Sequence record: NC_019524.2
Reading direction: 5' to 3' (one strand)
Length of the DNA stretch: 60,496 bases
Origin: Hafnia phage Enc34
Below are positions 30,868 through 41,145 of the stretch, piece after piece. Numbering within the stretch: position 1 is the stretch's first letter; every line of letters starts with the position of its first letter. Position numbers and translations under genes: made by a program. Below the pieces are notes generated by a model. It saw only the letters and a list, made by a program, of their open reading frames with translations, did no database searches and was not told the origin of the DNA.

Positions 30868-32689
30868 CGGCGACCTTGGCCCTGAACCGGGTACAACGTA
30901 TCTGATCCGCGTTTATTCGCCAGATGGTTCGATTGTGCGAACGGAGTCGGGCATTACGGGCACAACGTGGGTTTACCCATACGCAACTGCCGCTAACGAT
31001 TTAAACGTTGAGGCGGGCACCGTAGACCCGGTATTAGCGACTGTTCGTTTGGTGTCCACTCGTAACAACCGAGAATGCTGGGAATACTACGAGACTAAGA
31101 TTAGCGTTTATAAAAAGCCGCCGCAGTTCGCATACCTCGCGAGTTTCATGCAGCAAGCCGCTCAACCGTTCAACCCTGAAACGGCGGGTGAGCCTGACTA
31201 TGAACCGGATGGTGGCGCGTCTATGGCAAACTTAATGCAGCAGGTCACGCAGATCTCTTCGTTCCCGGAAGCAGACAGCATGGCTGGGCCGAACATCGCC
31301 CTACTGCCGCACCAAGTAACGCAAGAATCGTCAGTCATCGTGCCGCTAGATACACTGCTGTACGAAGCGCCGTATATCGACCTGTACCGGAATGGGAACG
31401 ACCTGACCCACTCGCAGGTATTGTCATTCGTTGCTCGCTCATCTGACCGAACCGTAGACAGTTACACCCTGTTCACGAAGCACGAAGCCGATACGGATTA
31501 CACGTCAGCAGGCGTTCAACCGTGGACACCGTGGGGCATGTCAACTGCCGGGCTAGGTTTCTTTAACGACGAGATCACCGTGGGCAACACGTCAGACAAA
31601 GACGGCGTGCCAATCGCGGCGGCAGGCGTTAACGACCTGATTCTGATTGACGATGAGATCATGGTCATCACAGCGGTCAACGGTAAAACCTTTAAAGTCG
31701 GTCGCGGTGTTGCCGATACAATCCCTGCGCAGCATTACAGCAAACGTCCAGTCTGGTTATTCACTGCCGGGCGCGGATATTCGCCAATGCAATTCGGTGA
31801 CAAAGAAAAAGCGATGGTCATCGTTCGCCCTGATACTTACGGCACCGATATTCCATTAAGCAAGATGTATCCGCTGCAGTTGCAAATGCAATACCGTCCA
31901 CGTCGTCCATACCCACCGGGACTGATGATGATTGGCGGTGGCGCATGGTTTACTCAGGCATCGGCACTAGGTGATGACTTCGACCCGTACAAGAACCTGA
32001 CCGGGAAGAACGTGTCAGTCACTTGGGCGCACCGTAACCGCATTACTCAGGCTGGGACAGCGCGTGACCACTTCACGGTTGGTATTGAGCCGGAGCCGGG
32101 CGTCAAGTATCGTGTGCGTATCGGTTATGCGTATGCATCGGCAGCACCGGGCGGCGGATTCAGCTTGATCCGTGAGTTTGAAACGGAAGACGCGGGATTC
32201 ATCTACCTGAAAGAGTGGGCGGAATCAGATGGCAAACAAGCCGGATATGCGCAAAACTCCCAAGGGTGGGCAACGGTTAACATCACGGTCAACGCCGTTC
32301 GTGACGGACTGATTAACTGGCAAGGCTACACAATGACGGTTAGCTGTCCATCCATTCCACTGACGGCGGGTAATAAGCCGGGTGGAGGTACCGGGCCATG
32401 GAATCCGGGAGGAGGCGGGAACACAGGTGGTACGACACCACCAGTTGAACCGCCAGACCGTCCAGACCCGGAAAACCCGGGCGGCGGAGGTGGTACGACT
32501 GACCCAACTGACCCGGATGAGCCGCCACCAGTTACACCGCCAGTTGACCCGGAAGACCCGGATACGAAACCACCGGAGCCACCAGAACCACCGATTGACC
32601 CAACGAACGTACCGGGTTGGTCATTAAGTTGGGATCACGGTTGGGCGCTACGACTGCCAGACCAACGTTACGTACCAGATGAGGAATAA
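30767..32689 (+). CDS. central tail fiber protein, C-terminal segment (frame open from 30767; first ATG at 30935)
   Basis: The frame-2 translation from 30767 reads ...ETPDSYTLTWAHRDRKLQADKLIDFHDGDLGPEPGTTYLIRVYS, which repeats the TWAHRNR...EPEPGVKYRVRIGY module further downstream. Pro/Gly/Thr-rich linker near the C-terminus. Confidence 0.55.
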   Translation, partial: LTPQQRGETPDSYTLTWAHRDRKLQADKLIDFHDGDLGPEPGTTYLIRVYSPDGSIVRTESGITGTTWVYPYATAANDLNVEAGTVDPVLATVRLVSTRNNRECWEYYETKISVYKKPPQFAYLASFMQQAAQPFNPETAGEPDYEPDGGASMANLMQQVTQISSFPEADSMAGPNIALLPHQVTQESSVIVPLDTLLYEAPYIDLYRNGNDLTHSQVLSFVARSSDRTVDSYTLFTKHEADTDYTSAGVQPWTPWGMSTAGLGFFNDEITVGNTSDKDGVPIAAAGVNDLILIDDEIMVITAVNGKTFKVGRGVADTIPAQHYSKRPVWLFTAGRGYSPMQFGDKEKAMVIVRPDTYGTDIPLSKMYPLQLQMQYRPRRPYPPGLMMIGGGAWFTQASALGDDFDPYKNLTGKNVSVTWAHRNRITQAGTARDHFTVGIEPEPGVKYRVRIGYAYASAAPGGGFSLIREFETEDAGFIYLKEWAESDGKQAGYAQNSQGWATVNITVNAVRDGLINWQGYTMTVSCPSIPLTAGNKPGGGTGPWNPGGGGNTGGTTPPVEPPDRPDPENPGGGGGTTDPTDPDEPPPVTPPVDPEDPDTKPPEPPEPPIDPTNVPGWSLSWDHGWALRLPDQRYVPDEE

Positions 32690-32694
32690 GACCA

Positions 32695-33441
32695 ATGCCT
32701 AAAAAGTTAGCCCCGAATCAGGGGCTACCTTATGGCTGGATCAGGGGAGAAGATTATTGGGGCGGGCCTATGTCCGACTCCCAAATTTTCCTAGATACCA
32801 TGCTATTTCCGGTAGTCCAATCACTAACGTTTTCCGCGCCCCCGCCGAACGTTTTAGAAGGTCAGCAGTATATCGTTGCTGCAAACCCTACAGGCGCGTG
32901 GGCTAACCATGCGGGTGAGTATGCGGTTTACGTTGAGAACACATGGCGTTTCTTCGCGCCGAAACCGTACTGGCGTGCTTACGCCGTATCGTATGGCAAG
33001 TTTGTGTATTATGACCCGGTTAGTAAGACGTGGCTGTTTGAGGAATCGGGCGACGACCCGGTTAATCCTGATCCAGACCCGACCGTTAAACCGAAGTTCT
33101 ATGACATCGGGGTTACGGTATCTGACACCATGTACTCAAACGAACCTATCGTACACCTCCCGATCCTTGACCCGATGTACATCCCGGGAAACATGGTTGG
33201 GTCGGATTTAGATATGGCAGATGGCGCAAGCCCGTCCTATGTTCAACTCCGCGTGCAGCGTAATGGCAATAACGTTGGCGTGATGACCATTGAGCAGGGT
33301 AACTTTAACGCGACCTTTTCCACGACCGGGGGCAACACGGTATCACTGGCGAAGGGGGATAGGCTTACGGTTCGGGCACCGCAGGAAGTTGTAGCGGGCT
33401 TTAAGAATTTCGGCTTTATCTTGCGACTAGCGATTGTATAG
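32695..33441 (+). CDS. tail-associated hypothetical protein
   Basis: 248 aa, start/stop coupled in the tail module. Confidence 0.4.
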   Translation: MPKKLAPNQGLPYGWIRGEDYWGGPMSDSQIFLDTMLFPVVQSLTFSAPPPNVLEGQQYIVAANPTGAWANHAGEYAVYVENTWRFFAPKPYWRAYAVSYGKFVYYDPVSKTWLFEESGDDPVNPDPDPTVKPKFYDIGVTVSDTMYSNEPIVHLPILDPMYIPGNMVGSDLDMADGASPSYVQLRVQRNGNNVGVMTIEQGNFNATFSTTGGNTVSLAKGDRLTVRAPQEVVAGFKNFGFILRLAIV

Positions 33442-33449
33442 GAAAACAC

Positions 33450-34445
33450 ATGGCACAGTTCTTTGATGGATACGAACAGTTCAGAACCACTGATATTCCG
33501 AATGGCCCGATGTCGATGGCAAAGTACATCACGCGCGGGCCACTATCGGCAGGCGGTGGTCGACTTGGCAACAGCATCGGGATCAGCACGCTTAACTCGG
33601 CCTACGAGCGTGACTGGACTTGGAGTGGTGACACCCTGACCGTTGGGTTCGCCTGTCAGCAATTTAACCAACGCGGCGCACTGTTTGGCGTGAAGATCGG
33701 TGATGAAACGGGCGTAGACGTTCCGCATATCGTGGCCTACACCGACCCAACGTCTGCGCTTATTACGTTGCAGTCCGGCGTGGATAAACTGGAAGTCGGT
33801 TATGTCACACCGCTGCCGGGGCGTTGGTATTACTATGAAGTGGTGATGAACCGCACGACGAAAGTCATTCAGGTATGGGTTAACGGCAAAGCGGATGTGG
33901 CCTATACGCTGCCCAATGAGATAGCCGCCGCCGCGACAATCCGTTTGGTGTTCAACCCGTTCGACATGATGGCAGGCGTAGTGGACTTTATTGAAGACGC
34001 CAAAATCTTTGATGACATGTACGCCCGTGACGGTGGTCGCTTAGGTGCCATCCAGATCAGCGGGCGTTTGCCTAACAAAGATAAAGATAAACAGTGGGGA
34101 GTATCGTCGCCTGATCCGGCTGGCCCGCATTGGGCGATGGTCGGCGTGCTGCCGCCAGATGTCAATAACCGCTTTGTCTACACCGGAACCAATAACTACC
34201 ACGATTCCTATACGTCTGGTGATCCTTTGCCGGACAACGGGAACATCATTTCTCAGGGGTTAATCGCGTTGGTCAGAAAGGCGACGGCAGATCCCGTGAC
34301 CATCATTGCCAACATCAACGGCGACACGGTTAACATGTCGAATATCGGGCGTGGCTGGGAATATCGCTACACACTTTTCAGTGCCAGCGGCTATGATAAG
34401 GCCAGCATTGAAGCAGCCGAATTTGGCGTGCGTTCACAACTGTAG
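33450..34445 (+). CDS. tandem paralog A, putative tail fiber/adhesin-like protein
   Basis: Shares the N-terminal FDGYEQF, WYYYEVV, IQVWVNG and ISGRLP motifs with the two following ORFs. Confidence 0.5.
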   Translation: MAQFFDGYEQFRTTDIPNGPMSMAKYITRGPLSAGGGRLGNSIGISTLNSAYERDWTWSGDTLTVGFACQQFNQRGALFGVKIGDETGVDVPHIVAYTDPTSALITLQSGVDKLEVGYVTPLPGRWYYYEVVMNRTTKVIQVWVNGKADVAYTLPNEIAAAATIRLVFNPFDMMAGVVDFIEDAKIFDDMYARDGGRLGAIQISGRLPNKDKDKQWGVSSPDPAGPHWAMVGVLPPDVNNRFVYTGTNNYHDSYTSGDPLPDNGNIISQGLIALVRKATADPVTIIANINGDTVNMSNIGRGWEYRYTLFSASGYDKASIEAAEFGVRSQL

Positions 34446-34453
34446 GGGGCAAC

Positions 34454-35416
34454 ATGCTGAAATATATGGAAGGTTTTGACCAACTCAAAGGGATGTCGAA
34501 TATCGTTGATGGCCTGACACAGTGTGGGTTTACCGTGTCTGGCACGCCAACGTTGGTTGAAGGTCGTACCGCTACGCAACTGGCGGTTTCGCTGCCTGAC
34601 ACGGCATCTATTAAGAAGGTCTTCCCGTCGCAGAACAGTAAGGTGGTTTTCGGCTTTGCGTTCCGTGCGGTCGGGAAACGTCATACGCTCGTAACGATTA
34701 AAGACGTCGTAACCCTGACGTGGAATGAGAGCACAGGGAAAATCACGGCTGCAGGCGGGGAAGGTACCGCCATTCTACTGTTAGACCTGTGGTACTACAT
34801 TGAGATCGTACTGGACAAAACGACCAACACTATTGAGGTGTGGGTTAACAACGGGAAAGACATTACCGCGCCATCGCCATCTAGCGCCAACCCGGTTACG
34901 AATTACGAAGTTACTTGGGCATCCGTGGCGGCAGCGCAATACCTGCTAGATGATATGGTATTCATTGATAACTCAAACGGGAAATACATCAACCGAGTTG
35001 GCCCGGTGCAGATCACTAGCCGCTTGCCATTGGTTGACGTGGATAAAGAGTGGTCGCCGTCTACCGGAACGGATCACTACCCGCTGGTGTACAATCAGCC
35101 GCCCGTGGATGGGAAGTATATCCAGTCCAATACGTCTGGCGCGATTGATACGTTTCTATCTAACACGCCGCTGCCTGACACGCAGAACATCATTGCAGTC
35201 GGTATGACCGTATTCAATAAAAAGTCAGACGTGGATAACCGTCAACTCGGCATGTGCATTGGGCAGAAAGGCCAGACGCAAAAAGTAGTTATTGACGCGG
35301 CACTATCCATTACAAACAAGTTCAGTTACGCTGTGTTTGAGACAAATCAGACAGACCAAGACTGGAACGACGAAAGATTAAGCAATGCGCCATTCGGCGT
35401 CATCGTTAAACCGTAG
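34454..35416 (+). CDS. tandem paralog B
   Basis: MEGFDQL, WYYIEIV, IEVWVNN, PVQITSRLP, LGM. Confidence 0.5.
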   Translation: MLKYMEGFDQLKGMSNIVDGLTQCGFTVSGTPTLVEGRTATQLAVSLPDTASIKKVFPSQNSKVVFGFAFRAVGKRHTLVTIKDVVTLTWNESTGKITAAGGEGTAILLLDLWYYIEIVLDKTTNTIEVWVNNGKDITAPSPSSANPVTNYEVTWASVAAAQYLLDDMVFIDNSNGKYINRVGPVQITSRLPLVDVDKEWSPSTGTDHYPLVYNQPPVDGKYIQSNTSGAIDTFLSNTPLPDTQNIIAVGMTVFNKKSDVDNRQLGMCIGQKGQTQKVVIDAALSITNKFSYAVFETNQTDQDWNDERLSNAPFGVIVKP

Positions 35417-35427
35417 GAGCGACACAC

Positions 35428-36447
35428 ATGTTTAAATTCTGTGACGGATATGACCACTACGCCGACATCGGGGTGAAAGGTACTATCTTACAAGGCTACC
35501 TCACTGCAGCCGGGTACACCGTTCGAAACGCCAGTGATACCACGTTTGCGGTAGTGGAAGGTCGACGCACCGGGGCAAAAGCCTTGATGTTTACCGTAGC
35601 CGCCAGCTCATCAATCAACGCCTCATTGTCGTGGGGTTTCTCTACTACGGATAACATGGTCACTTTCGGGTTCGCCATGAAAGCAGGCCAATCGCGTATG
35701 CGTATCTGCCGTGTAGAGAATATCATCGACGTTGATTGGGACACGACCACGGGTAAACTGCGCGTTGGTGAAACGTTGGGTAAAGACCCGCTGATCCTGA
35801 ACGCATGGTATTACTTTGAGATTGAGATCCACAAAGACACCAACGAGGTTAAGGTATGGGCGAACAACGAACTGCAGTTGACCGTGGCACCCTCTAGTGC
35901 GCCGACGACTCAATATACAATCTCTTGGGGTCAAACGGGTACCGCGCCTACAGCCGGGCAGCAGACGTTAGATGACTTCTATGTTATCGACGGTACCGGA
36001 AGCAAGAACAACACCCGCTTAACGCCTGTGGAAATTACTAGCCGTATGCCAACGGCGGATATTACTACACAGTGGGAAGTAGTCGGCGCGGCTTCTGGTA
36101 CACCTCACTACCAGATCGTTTCCCAACTGTCACCGGGCGGTTCGGGCAAGCCATACCTGCAGTCAAACACGGCGGGCGCTACCGATATGTATCGCTCCAA
36201 CGCCACCCTACCAACATCCAACCAAGTATTCGCAGTTTCCGTAATCGCGTATGCCCGTAAAGGTGACTTGGATGACCGTAAACTCGGTATGGTGATCAAC
36301 ACCGATGGCGGCACACCGACCGAAGTTCAGGTACCGCTAACGGAGGAATATAAGTATTACCAGACTACCTATGAGCAAACGCCGGGTGGTGGTGACTGGA
36401 ATCAGAACAACGTCGAATCATTGCAATTCGGCATCATCACGCGATAA
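35428..36447 (+). CDS. tandem paralog C
   Basis: CDGYDHY, WYYFEIEI, VKVWANN, PVEITSRMP, LGM, FGII. Confidence 0.5.
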   Translation: MFKFCDGYDHYADIGVKGTILQGYLTAAGYTVRNASDTTFAVVEGRRTGAKALMFTVAASSSINASLSWGFSTTDNMVTFGFAMKAGQSRMRICRVENIIDVDWDTTTGKLRVGETLGKDPLILNAWYYFEIEIHKDTNEVKVWANNELQLTVAPSSAPTTQYTISWGQTGTAPTAGQQTLDDFYVIDGTGSKNNTRLTPVEITSRMPTADITTQWEVVGAASGTPHYQIVSQLSPGGSGKPYLQSNTAGATDMYRSNATLPTSNQVFAVSVIAYARKGDLDDRKLGMVINTDGGTPTEVQVPLTEEYKYYQTTYEQTPGGGDWNQNNVESLQFGIITR

Positions 36448-36457
36448 GGGGTAGCAC

Positions 36458-37741
36458 ATGCCAATTGAACACATCACCTCATTCAGCGGGCTGGATATGC
36501 GGATGGACGGCACCTTCGGGTCAGCCGCGATAGCCGGATATACCAATTTGAGTGTCACTAAGGACTCACTAACCGGGCCAGCCGGGATCAGACGGATCAC
36601 AGAATCAAACATGCTCTCGTATAATTTCGGGGTCTATGCTACGCCGAGTACGAACCTCGCCGTCGGGATGCGCTACAGCCTCATCGGTGGTCGATTCAAT
36701 AGCGCTCAGGCATACACATCTGCATTCTTCACCCTTCGTGCCGGGCCGCGTGAGTTAGACGCTACTCAATACGCAATTATTGGCACACTTAAATGTCAAC
36801 CCAACTTCTATGCAGATTTTTATGGGGGGACATGTTTTTTCCCATATGACAACGTTGATCCCGGGGTCGATAGCTTCCGATTCGGGTATCGGATTCGTCA
36901 GCGAAATTCTCAAACACACACCATACCTCAGCTAACAATTTGTACATGTACGTCATCCCCGCCAACGGCAATTGGGAGTACATCGGTCGGGAAAGGGCAA
37001 GATTGTTTTCTTGAGTTTGAGTGGACACGCACCGGGGCTACCGTTGGGTCTACGTACTACGGGGTTTTAAAAATCTATGTAGATGACATTGTGATTAATA
37101 CCGTGACCAATCCGACATATGACCCTCGTTTTTGCGGATGGTATAAAGAGTGTTATACCACTACGACCCAAGTCGGTAGCAATCTTACATACGTTGATGA
37201 TTTCGAAGTGTATGACCTGTATTTCCAACGGGTTACTTCGCCAGCAGATACGCGCCCGGGGCCATTGACAAGCGTTGTGTGTACGGTTCCGGTATCCGAC
37301 GCGTCCGTAGAATTTACCCGACCATCTGGATATAACTCCAACGCCTCGGTCGCAGCCGGGCGGATGAAAGCCGATAACACGGTCACTTACGTTGCACCGT
37401 TCGATCCTTTGAAATATTTGAGTGCAACCGCTATAGGTCAACAAGATATGTACAATATCGACGCGACGGCGATTAAGTCTCGGGTATCGAATATCGCGGC
37501 GGTGGTAGCTCGGTCATGGGCGCGTAACTCAGGGGCGGGGCTTCGTGGGCATACAACGCGCCTCGCGGCGGGTGGCGTGGAAGCAACACCGGGTTTCACA
37601 ACAGCTCTCGCAGCAAATGAGGCTAGCTATGGGTATAAACCGTCATGGACACCGGCTCTTTTAGTTAACCCGGCAACGGGCCAGCGTTGGATTCCGGCAG
37701 ATCTTGATACCGTTACAATCGGCGCAAAACTAGATACATAA
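36458..37741 (+). CDS. divergent fourth paralog / tail fiber-like protein
   Basis: 427 aa. The segments YYGVLKIYVDDIVIN and PLTSVVCTVPV resemble the paralog motifs weakly. Confidence 0.4.
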   Translation: MPIEHITSFSGLDMRMDGTFGSAAIAGYTNLSVTKDSLTGPAGIRRITESNMLSYNFGVYATPSTNLAVGMRYSLIGGRFNSAQAYTSAFFTLRAGPRELDATQYAIIGTLKCQPNFYADFYGGTCFFPYDNVDPGVDSFRFGYRIRQRNSQTHTIPQLTICTCTSSPPTAIGSTSVGKGQDCFLEFEWTRTGATVGSTYYGVLKIYVDDIVINTVTNPTYDPRFCGWYKECYTTTTQVGSNLTYVDDFEVYDLYFQRVTSPADTRPGPLTSVVCTVPVSDASVEFTRPSGYNSNASVAAGRMKADNTVTYVAPFDPLKYLSATAIGQQDMYNIDATAIKSRVSNIAAVVARSWARNSGAGLRGHTTRLAAGGVEATPGFTTALAANEASYGYKPSWTPALLVNPATGQRWIPADLDTVTIGAKLDT

Positions 37742-37750
37742 GGCGGACTT

Positions 37751-39757
37751 GTGGCAGATGAATTAGTTCGCATTGGGGGCAGCATCCTTGAAGCGATGGG
37801 GACGAAACCTGCAGATGTTCGGGTTTCTACTTCCGTACTTGAGGTTATGCTTGAGGGGCCACCGTCCATATCGGTATCGACGGTACTCCTTGAGGTACTA
37901 TTAGTATCCCCGCCTGCCGCATTCGCAACGACCGTGATTGAAGTTATGGGGGAGCGCAATGTGTCGCGCCCTCCACTTTACACGGATGCCGTGTATACCT
38001 ACGCTACGCAGCCGAATGCGGTTCCCCCGGTTAGTGAAGTCATCTCAACTGAAAGACTTTGGACTGTCTGGAATTATGCCGTTGTCCAGATGCCCATTGA
38101 TGACGCTATTTCTTACGACATCGTGGGACAAAGTGTCATGTTAGCGGTGCAAGGTTTGCCAATCGTGACCATTTCACCGGAAACCGTGAAACAAGCATGG
38201 TCATATGCGGTACAGGAGTCCAAGTTAGGTGACTTCCCGCTGCCAGAAGATATGTGGTCTAAAGTATCGGTGGCGCACTACAGCATGATGGTCTTGCAGT
38301 CAATTGACATCCCATATGAGCCGACGTCTGGCGTGTTCGCTAAACAGGTAGCCTCGCTATCCGTTCAGGCGTTCCCGCTGCCTATGTATCATACCCCGGC
38401 GTCAGTGCAGTTCAGCGCCATGCTCGCAGCGCAGAAACGACCCGTGGAGCGTTTGCCTCGGTCTTACACCAGAGTCCCGCAGCAGCTTTCACAGGCGGTA
38501 ACAGCGCGAGGTATTGAGCCGTTGCCACGGTCTACATCGTCCGCCGCTCAGGTGTTATCGCAAGCCGCGATCCCGGCGAACTTTGATGAGCATACCGTTG
38601 GTGTTGAGTGGGTTCGGGCGGTGACGTCTTACGCCCTGACCAGTTTGCCAATGACGCTGCCAATCAGTTACAGCCGTGTGGGTCATGAGTCCGTTAAAGT
38701 TCTGCAGCACGATTCACGCAGTCAGGCGTTGCCACTATCGCTAACGTCAGTGTGGACAGTTGCCAGTCAGTTAGTTGTTAAGTCTGACCAATTCCCTGTT
38801 ATTTCGGCAGAGCGGGTTAAGCATAACAGCATGTTGGTGGCACAGGACTCAACGGATTATTTGCCTCCGATAAACATGGTGGTGTGGTCGCGTGCTGATC
38901 ACGTCGATATGCAGGTAGCGCAGCAGGCCACGGATTACCCTGACCCAAGCATTCCGACCACTACATCAATCGTTGAGCAGATGGCGGCGCTGTACTCTCA
39001 AGCTACGGACTATGATAGCCCGGAAGATATTTACGAAAAGAGTAAGGTGCAGTATGTGCCATCGGTTGTCGAATTGGTTCCGCAACGGTCGGTGCAGCCA
39101 CTACCGAAAAGCTACACGCCTATCGCTCAGTTTGTGGAGTTGGTCACAGCTTTCAGATTTATGGAAAAGCCGGGTGACATAGCAAACAGTGGTGTCTTTG
39201 TCCGCCAGATTACGCAGCCGATCGCTCAGGTCGCGGAATACCCTGACCCGCATGTGCCGTCATCCCCGATTACGGTATCGCAGGTCTTGGAGCATGTCGC
39301 GGTTCCGGCAGAGTATCCAGATGTCCACTTGCCGACGTCGGACGCGGTAGTAGGTCAGATCCTTGAGCACGTCGCACAAGTTGACGACTTCCCTGATCCA
39401 GCTAATATGTTCAGGCCGCTAATAGTGAGTCAGGTACTTCAATCTGTCTCGCAAGAAACGACATACCCGGCGTGGGATACCTTGCATAAACCTATCTCGG
39501 TGTCTCAGGTTGTTGAGCATGTTTCGGTAACAGCGATTTACCCGGATAAAGACCAGCCGCAATCTTTTGTAAAAGTTACTCAAGTTCTGCAGCAGGTTGC
39601 CGATAAAGCTAATTACCCAGACAAAGACGCTCCCCAATCCACGCTTCGAGTCCATCAAGTATTCGAAACGGTAATGATGCGTGACCTTACGATGTACGTA
39701 ATGCCTACGCCGCCACGGAAACACCGTGTTCAAATCAGTTGCCGATTTGTATACTAA
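37751..39757 (+). CDS. highly repetitive 668-aa tail-module protein
   Basis: Many tandem repeats of about 20 aa, for example VSQVLEHVAVPAEYPD, VGQILEHVAQVDDFPD, VSQVVEHVSVTAIYPD and VTQVLQQVADKANYPD. The N-terminus also has VLEVMLEGPP-type repeats. Confidence 0.5.
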   Translation: MADELVRIGGSILEAMGTKPADVRVSTSVLEVMLEGPPSISVSTVLLEVLLVSPPAAFATTVIEVMGERNVSRPPLYTDAVYTYATQPNAVPPVSEVISTERLWTVWNYAVVQMPIDDAISYDIVGQSVMLAVQGLPIVTISPETVKQAWSYAVQESKLGDFPLPEDMWSKVSVAHYSMMVLQSIDIPYEPTSGVFAKQVASLSVQAFPLPMYHTPASVQFSAMLAAQKRPVERLPRSYTRVPQQLSQAVTARGIEPLPRSTSSAAQVLSQAAIPANFDEHTVGVEWVRAVTSYALTSLPMTLPISYSRVGHESVKVLQHDSRSQALPLSLTSVWTVASQLVVKSDQFPVISAERVKHNSMLVAQDSTDYLPPINMVVWSRADHVDMQVAQQATDYPDPSIPTTTSIVEQMAALYSQATDYDSPEDIYEKSKVQYVPSVVELVPQRSVQPLPKSYTPIAQFVELVTAFRFMEKPGDIANSGVFVRQITQPIAQVAEYPDPHVPSSPITVSQVLEHVAVPAEYPDVHLPTSDAVVGQILEHVAQVDDFPDPANMFRPLIVSQVLQSVSQETTYPAWDTLHKPISVSQVVEHVSVTAIYPDKDQPQSFVKVTQVLQQVADKANYPDKDAPQSTLRVHQVFETVMMRDLTMYVMPTPPRKHRVQISCRFVY

Positions 39758-39777
39758 CGATGATGGGTTAATATTCT

Positions 39778-39803
39778 TAGCGGGCATGTCCCGCTAATTT
39801 TTT
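39778..39803 (+). terminator. rho-independent terminator
   Basis: TAGCGGG catgt CCCGCTA followed by ATTTTTTG. Confidence 0.6.
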
Positions 39804-39818
39804 GTGAGGTAACACCCG

Positions 39819-40163
39819 ATGAGCGATATGGAACGGGACAGAGAGAACGAAGGTACTGGCGGCATTCGACTTGATCTTTCACTCAATATTCCGACTATCT
39901 TATTGATGACCACCATGCTTGTTAGCTCGGTGTTGTACCTGAATAACCGTTTTGGGGAGCTACAATCTCAGAGCGTTCAGGTGGACACCCGTCTAACTAA
40001 CGTGGAAAAACGTCAAGATAATTTCGACACGGCAATCACTATCGTCCGTACCGAAGCGTCAGCGTCAAACGCCGCTCTACGTCAGGACGTCCGCGCAGAC
40101 ATCCGGGATGTGAAGAACAGCGTTGATACCCTAACTGCCACACTTAACAGCCGAGGTCGCTAA
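39819..40163 (+). CDS. holin-like single-TM protein (positional)
   Basis: One TM helix (PTILLMTTMLVSSVLYL). First gene of the putative lysis cassette. Confidence 0.35.
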   Translation: MSDMERDRENEGTGGIRLDLSLNIPTILLMTTMLVSSVLYLNNRFGELQSQSVQVDTRLTNVEKRQDNFDTAITIVRTEASASNAALRQDVRADIRDVKNSVDTLTATLNSRGR

Positions 40164-40165
40164 TA

Positions 40166-40894
40166 ATGGCTAAGACGTCGTTGCCGCGAGGCATCCGAAA
40201 CAACAACCCCGGGAATATTGAATGGGGTTCACCATGGCAAGGGCTGCAGGCCCGAACCGCCGCATCTGACCCGCGTTTCTGTCAGTTCATTGACCCAGCA
40301 TCCGGCATCCGGGCGTTAGCGGTGATCCTGACTACCTATTTCGATAAGCGTAAGGCCGCAGACGGCAGCAAGATCGATACCATCCGTGAAGTTATTGAGC
40401 GATGGGCACCACCCAAGAAGAACGGCGTAGTTGAGAACAACACTACCGCCTATGCCAACCAGATTGCCCGCGTGCTTAACATGCAGCCGGACGATGAAAC
40501 GTTGAACCTCCACGATTACGAAACCATGCGTAAGATGGTTGAAGGGATTATCCGTCATGAGAACGGTAGCCCGGAAGACTACGACCGCGCACCGTACAAC
40601 AACATCAACCAATGGTACTCGGACGAGCAGATCGCAGAAGGTCTTCGCCGTGCCGGATTGGTTAAGCCAAAGACTGCCGTTAACCGGGCCACCGTTACTG
40701 CGACTAGCGTAACTGGATTGGGCGCAGCGCAACTGGTAGATCTGGTTCAGCCTGTTAAGGCCGCAATGGACAGCGCTCATGGTGACATCTCGTCTGGCGA
40801 TTGGGTACGGATTGCCTTTGGTGTCATGACCATCGGCGTTGGGCTGTACATGGGTTGGGTGGCCTACCAGAAACACAAGGCCGGGGCTGCATGA
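40166..40894 (+). CDS. putative endolysin/muralytic protein with C-terminal TM helix
   Basis: Sits between the holin-like and spanin genes. Contains RGIRNNNPGNIEWG and a C-terminal hydrophobic helix. Confidence 0.35.
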   Translation: MAKTSLPRGIRNNNPGNIEWGSPWQGLQARTAASDPRFCQFIDPASGIRALAVILTTYFDKRKAADGSKIDTIREVIERWAPPKKNGVVENNTTAYANQIARVLNMQPDDETLNLHDYETMRKMVEGIIRHENGSPEDYDRAPYNNINQWYSDEQIAEGLRRAGLVKPKTAVNRATVTATSVTGLGAAQLVDLVQPVKAAMDSAHGDISSGDWVRIAFGVMTIGVGLYMGWVAYQKHKAGAA

Positions 40895-41145
40895 TGGGCA
40901 TCCTTGCCCGAATAAAGGCGGGCGTCCTAGCGGCGCTCGTTTTTGTTGGTGTAGTCGTTAGCGTCTGGTGGGCAGGACGTTCTAAAGGCAAATCCGAGCA
41001 GCGTTCCGAACAGGATCATGAAACGGTACGGAATCAGGCACAGGCGGATAAAGTGGTTAATGAGGTACATAATGAAACGAATAAACTCCCTGCTGGTGGC
41101 GCTTCTGATCAGCTTCGCCGTAAGTGGATGCGTAAAAAAGATTGA
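40891..41145 (+). CDS. i-spanin (Rz-like)
   Basis: N-terminal TM (VLAALVFVGVVVSVWWA) followed by a charged periplasmic region. The ATGA start overlaps the upstream stop. Confidence 0.55.
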   Translation: MMGILARIKAGVLAALVFVGVVVSVWWAGRSKGKSEQRSEQDHETVRNQAQADKVVNEVHNETNKLPAGGASDQLRRKWMRKKD

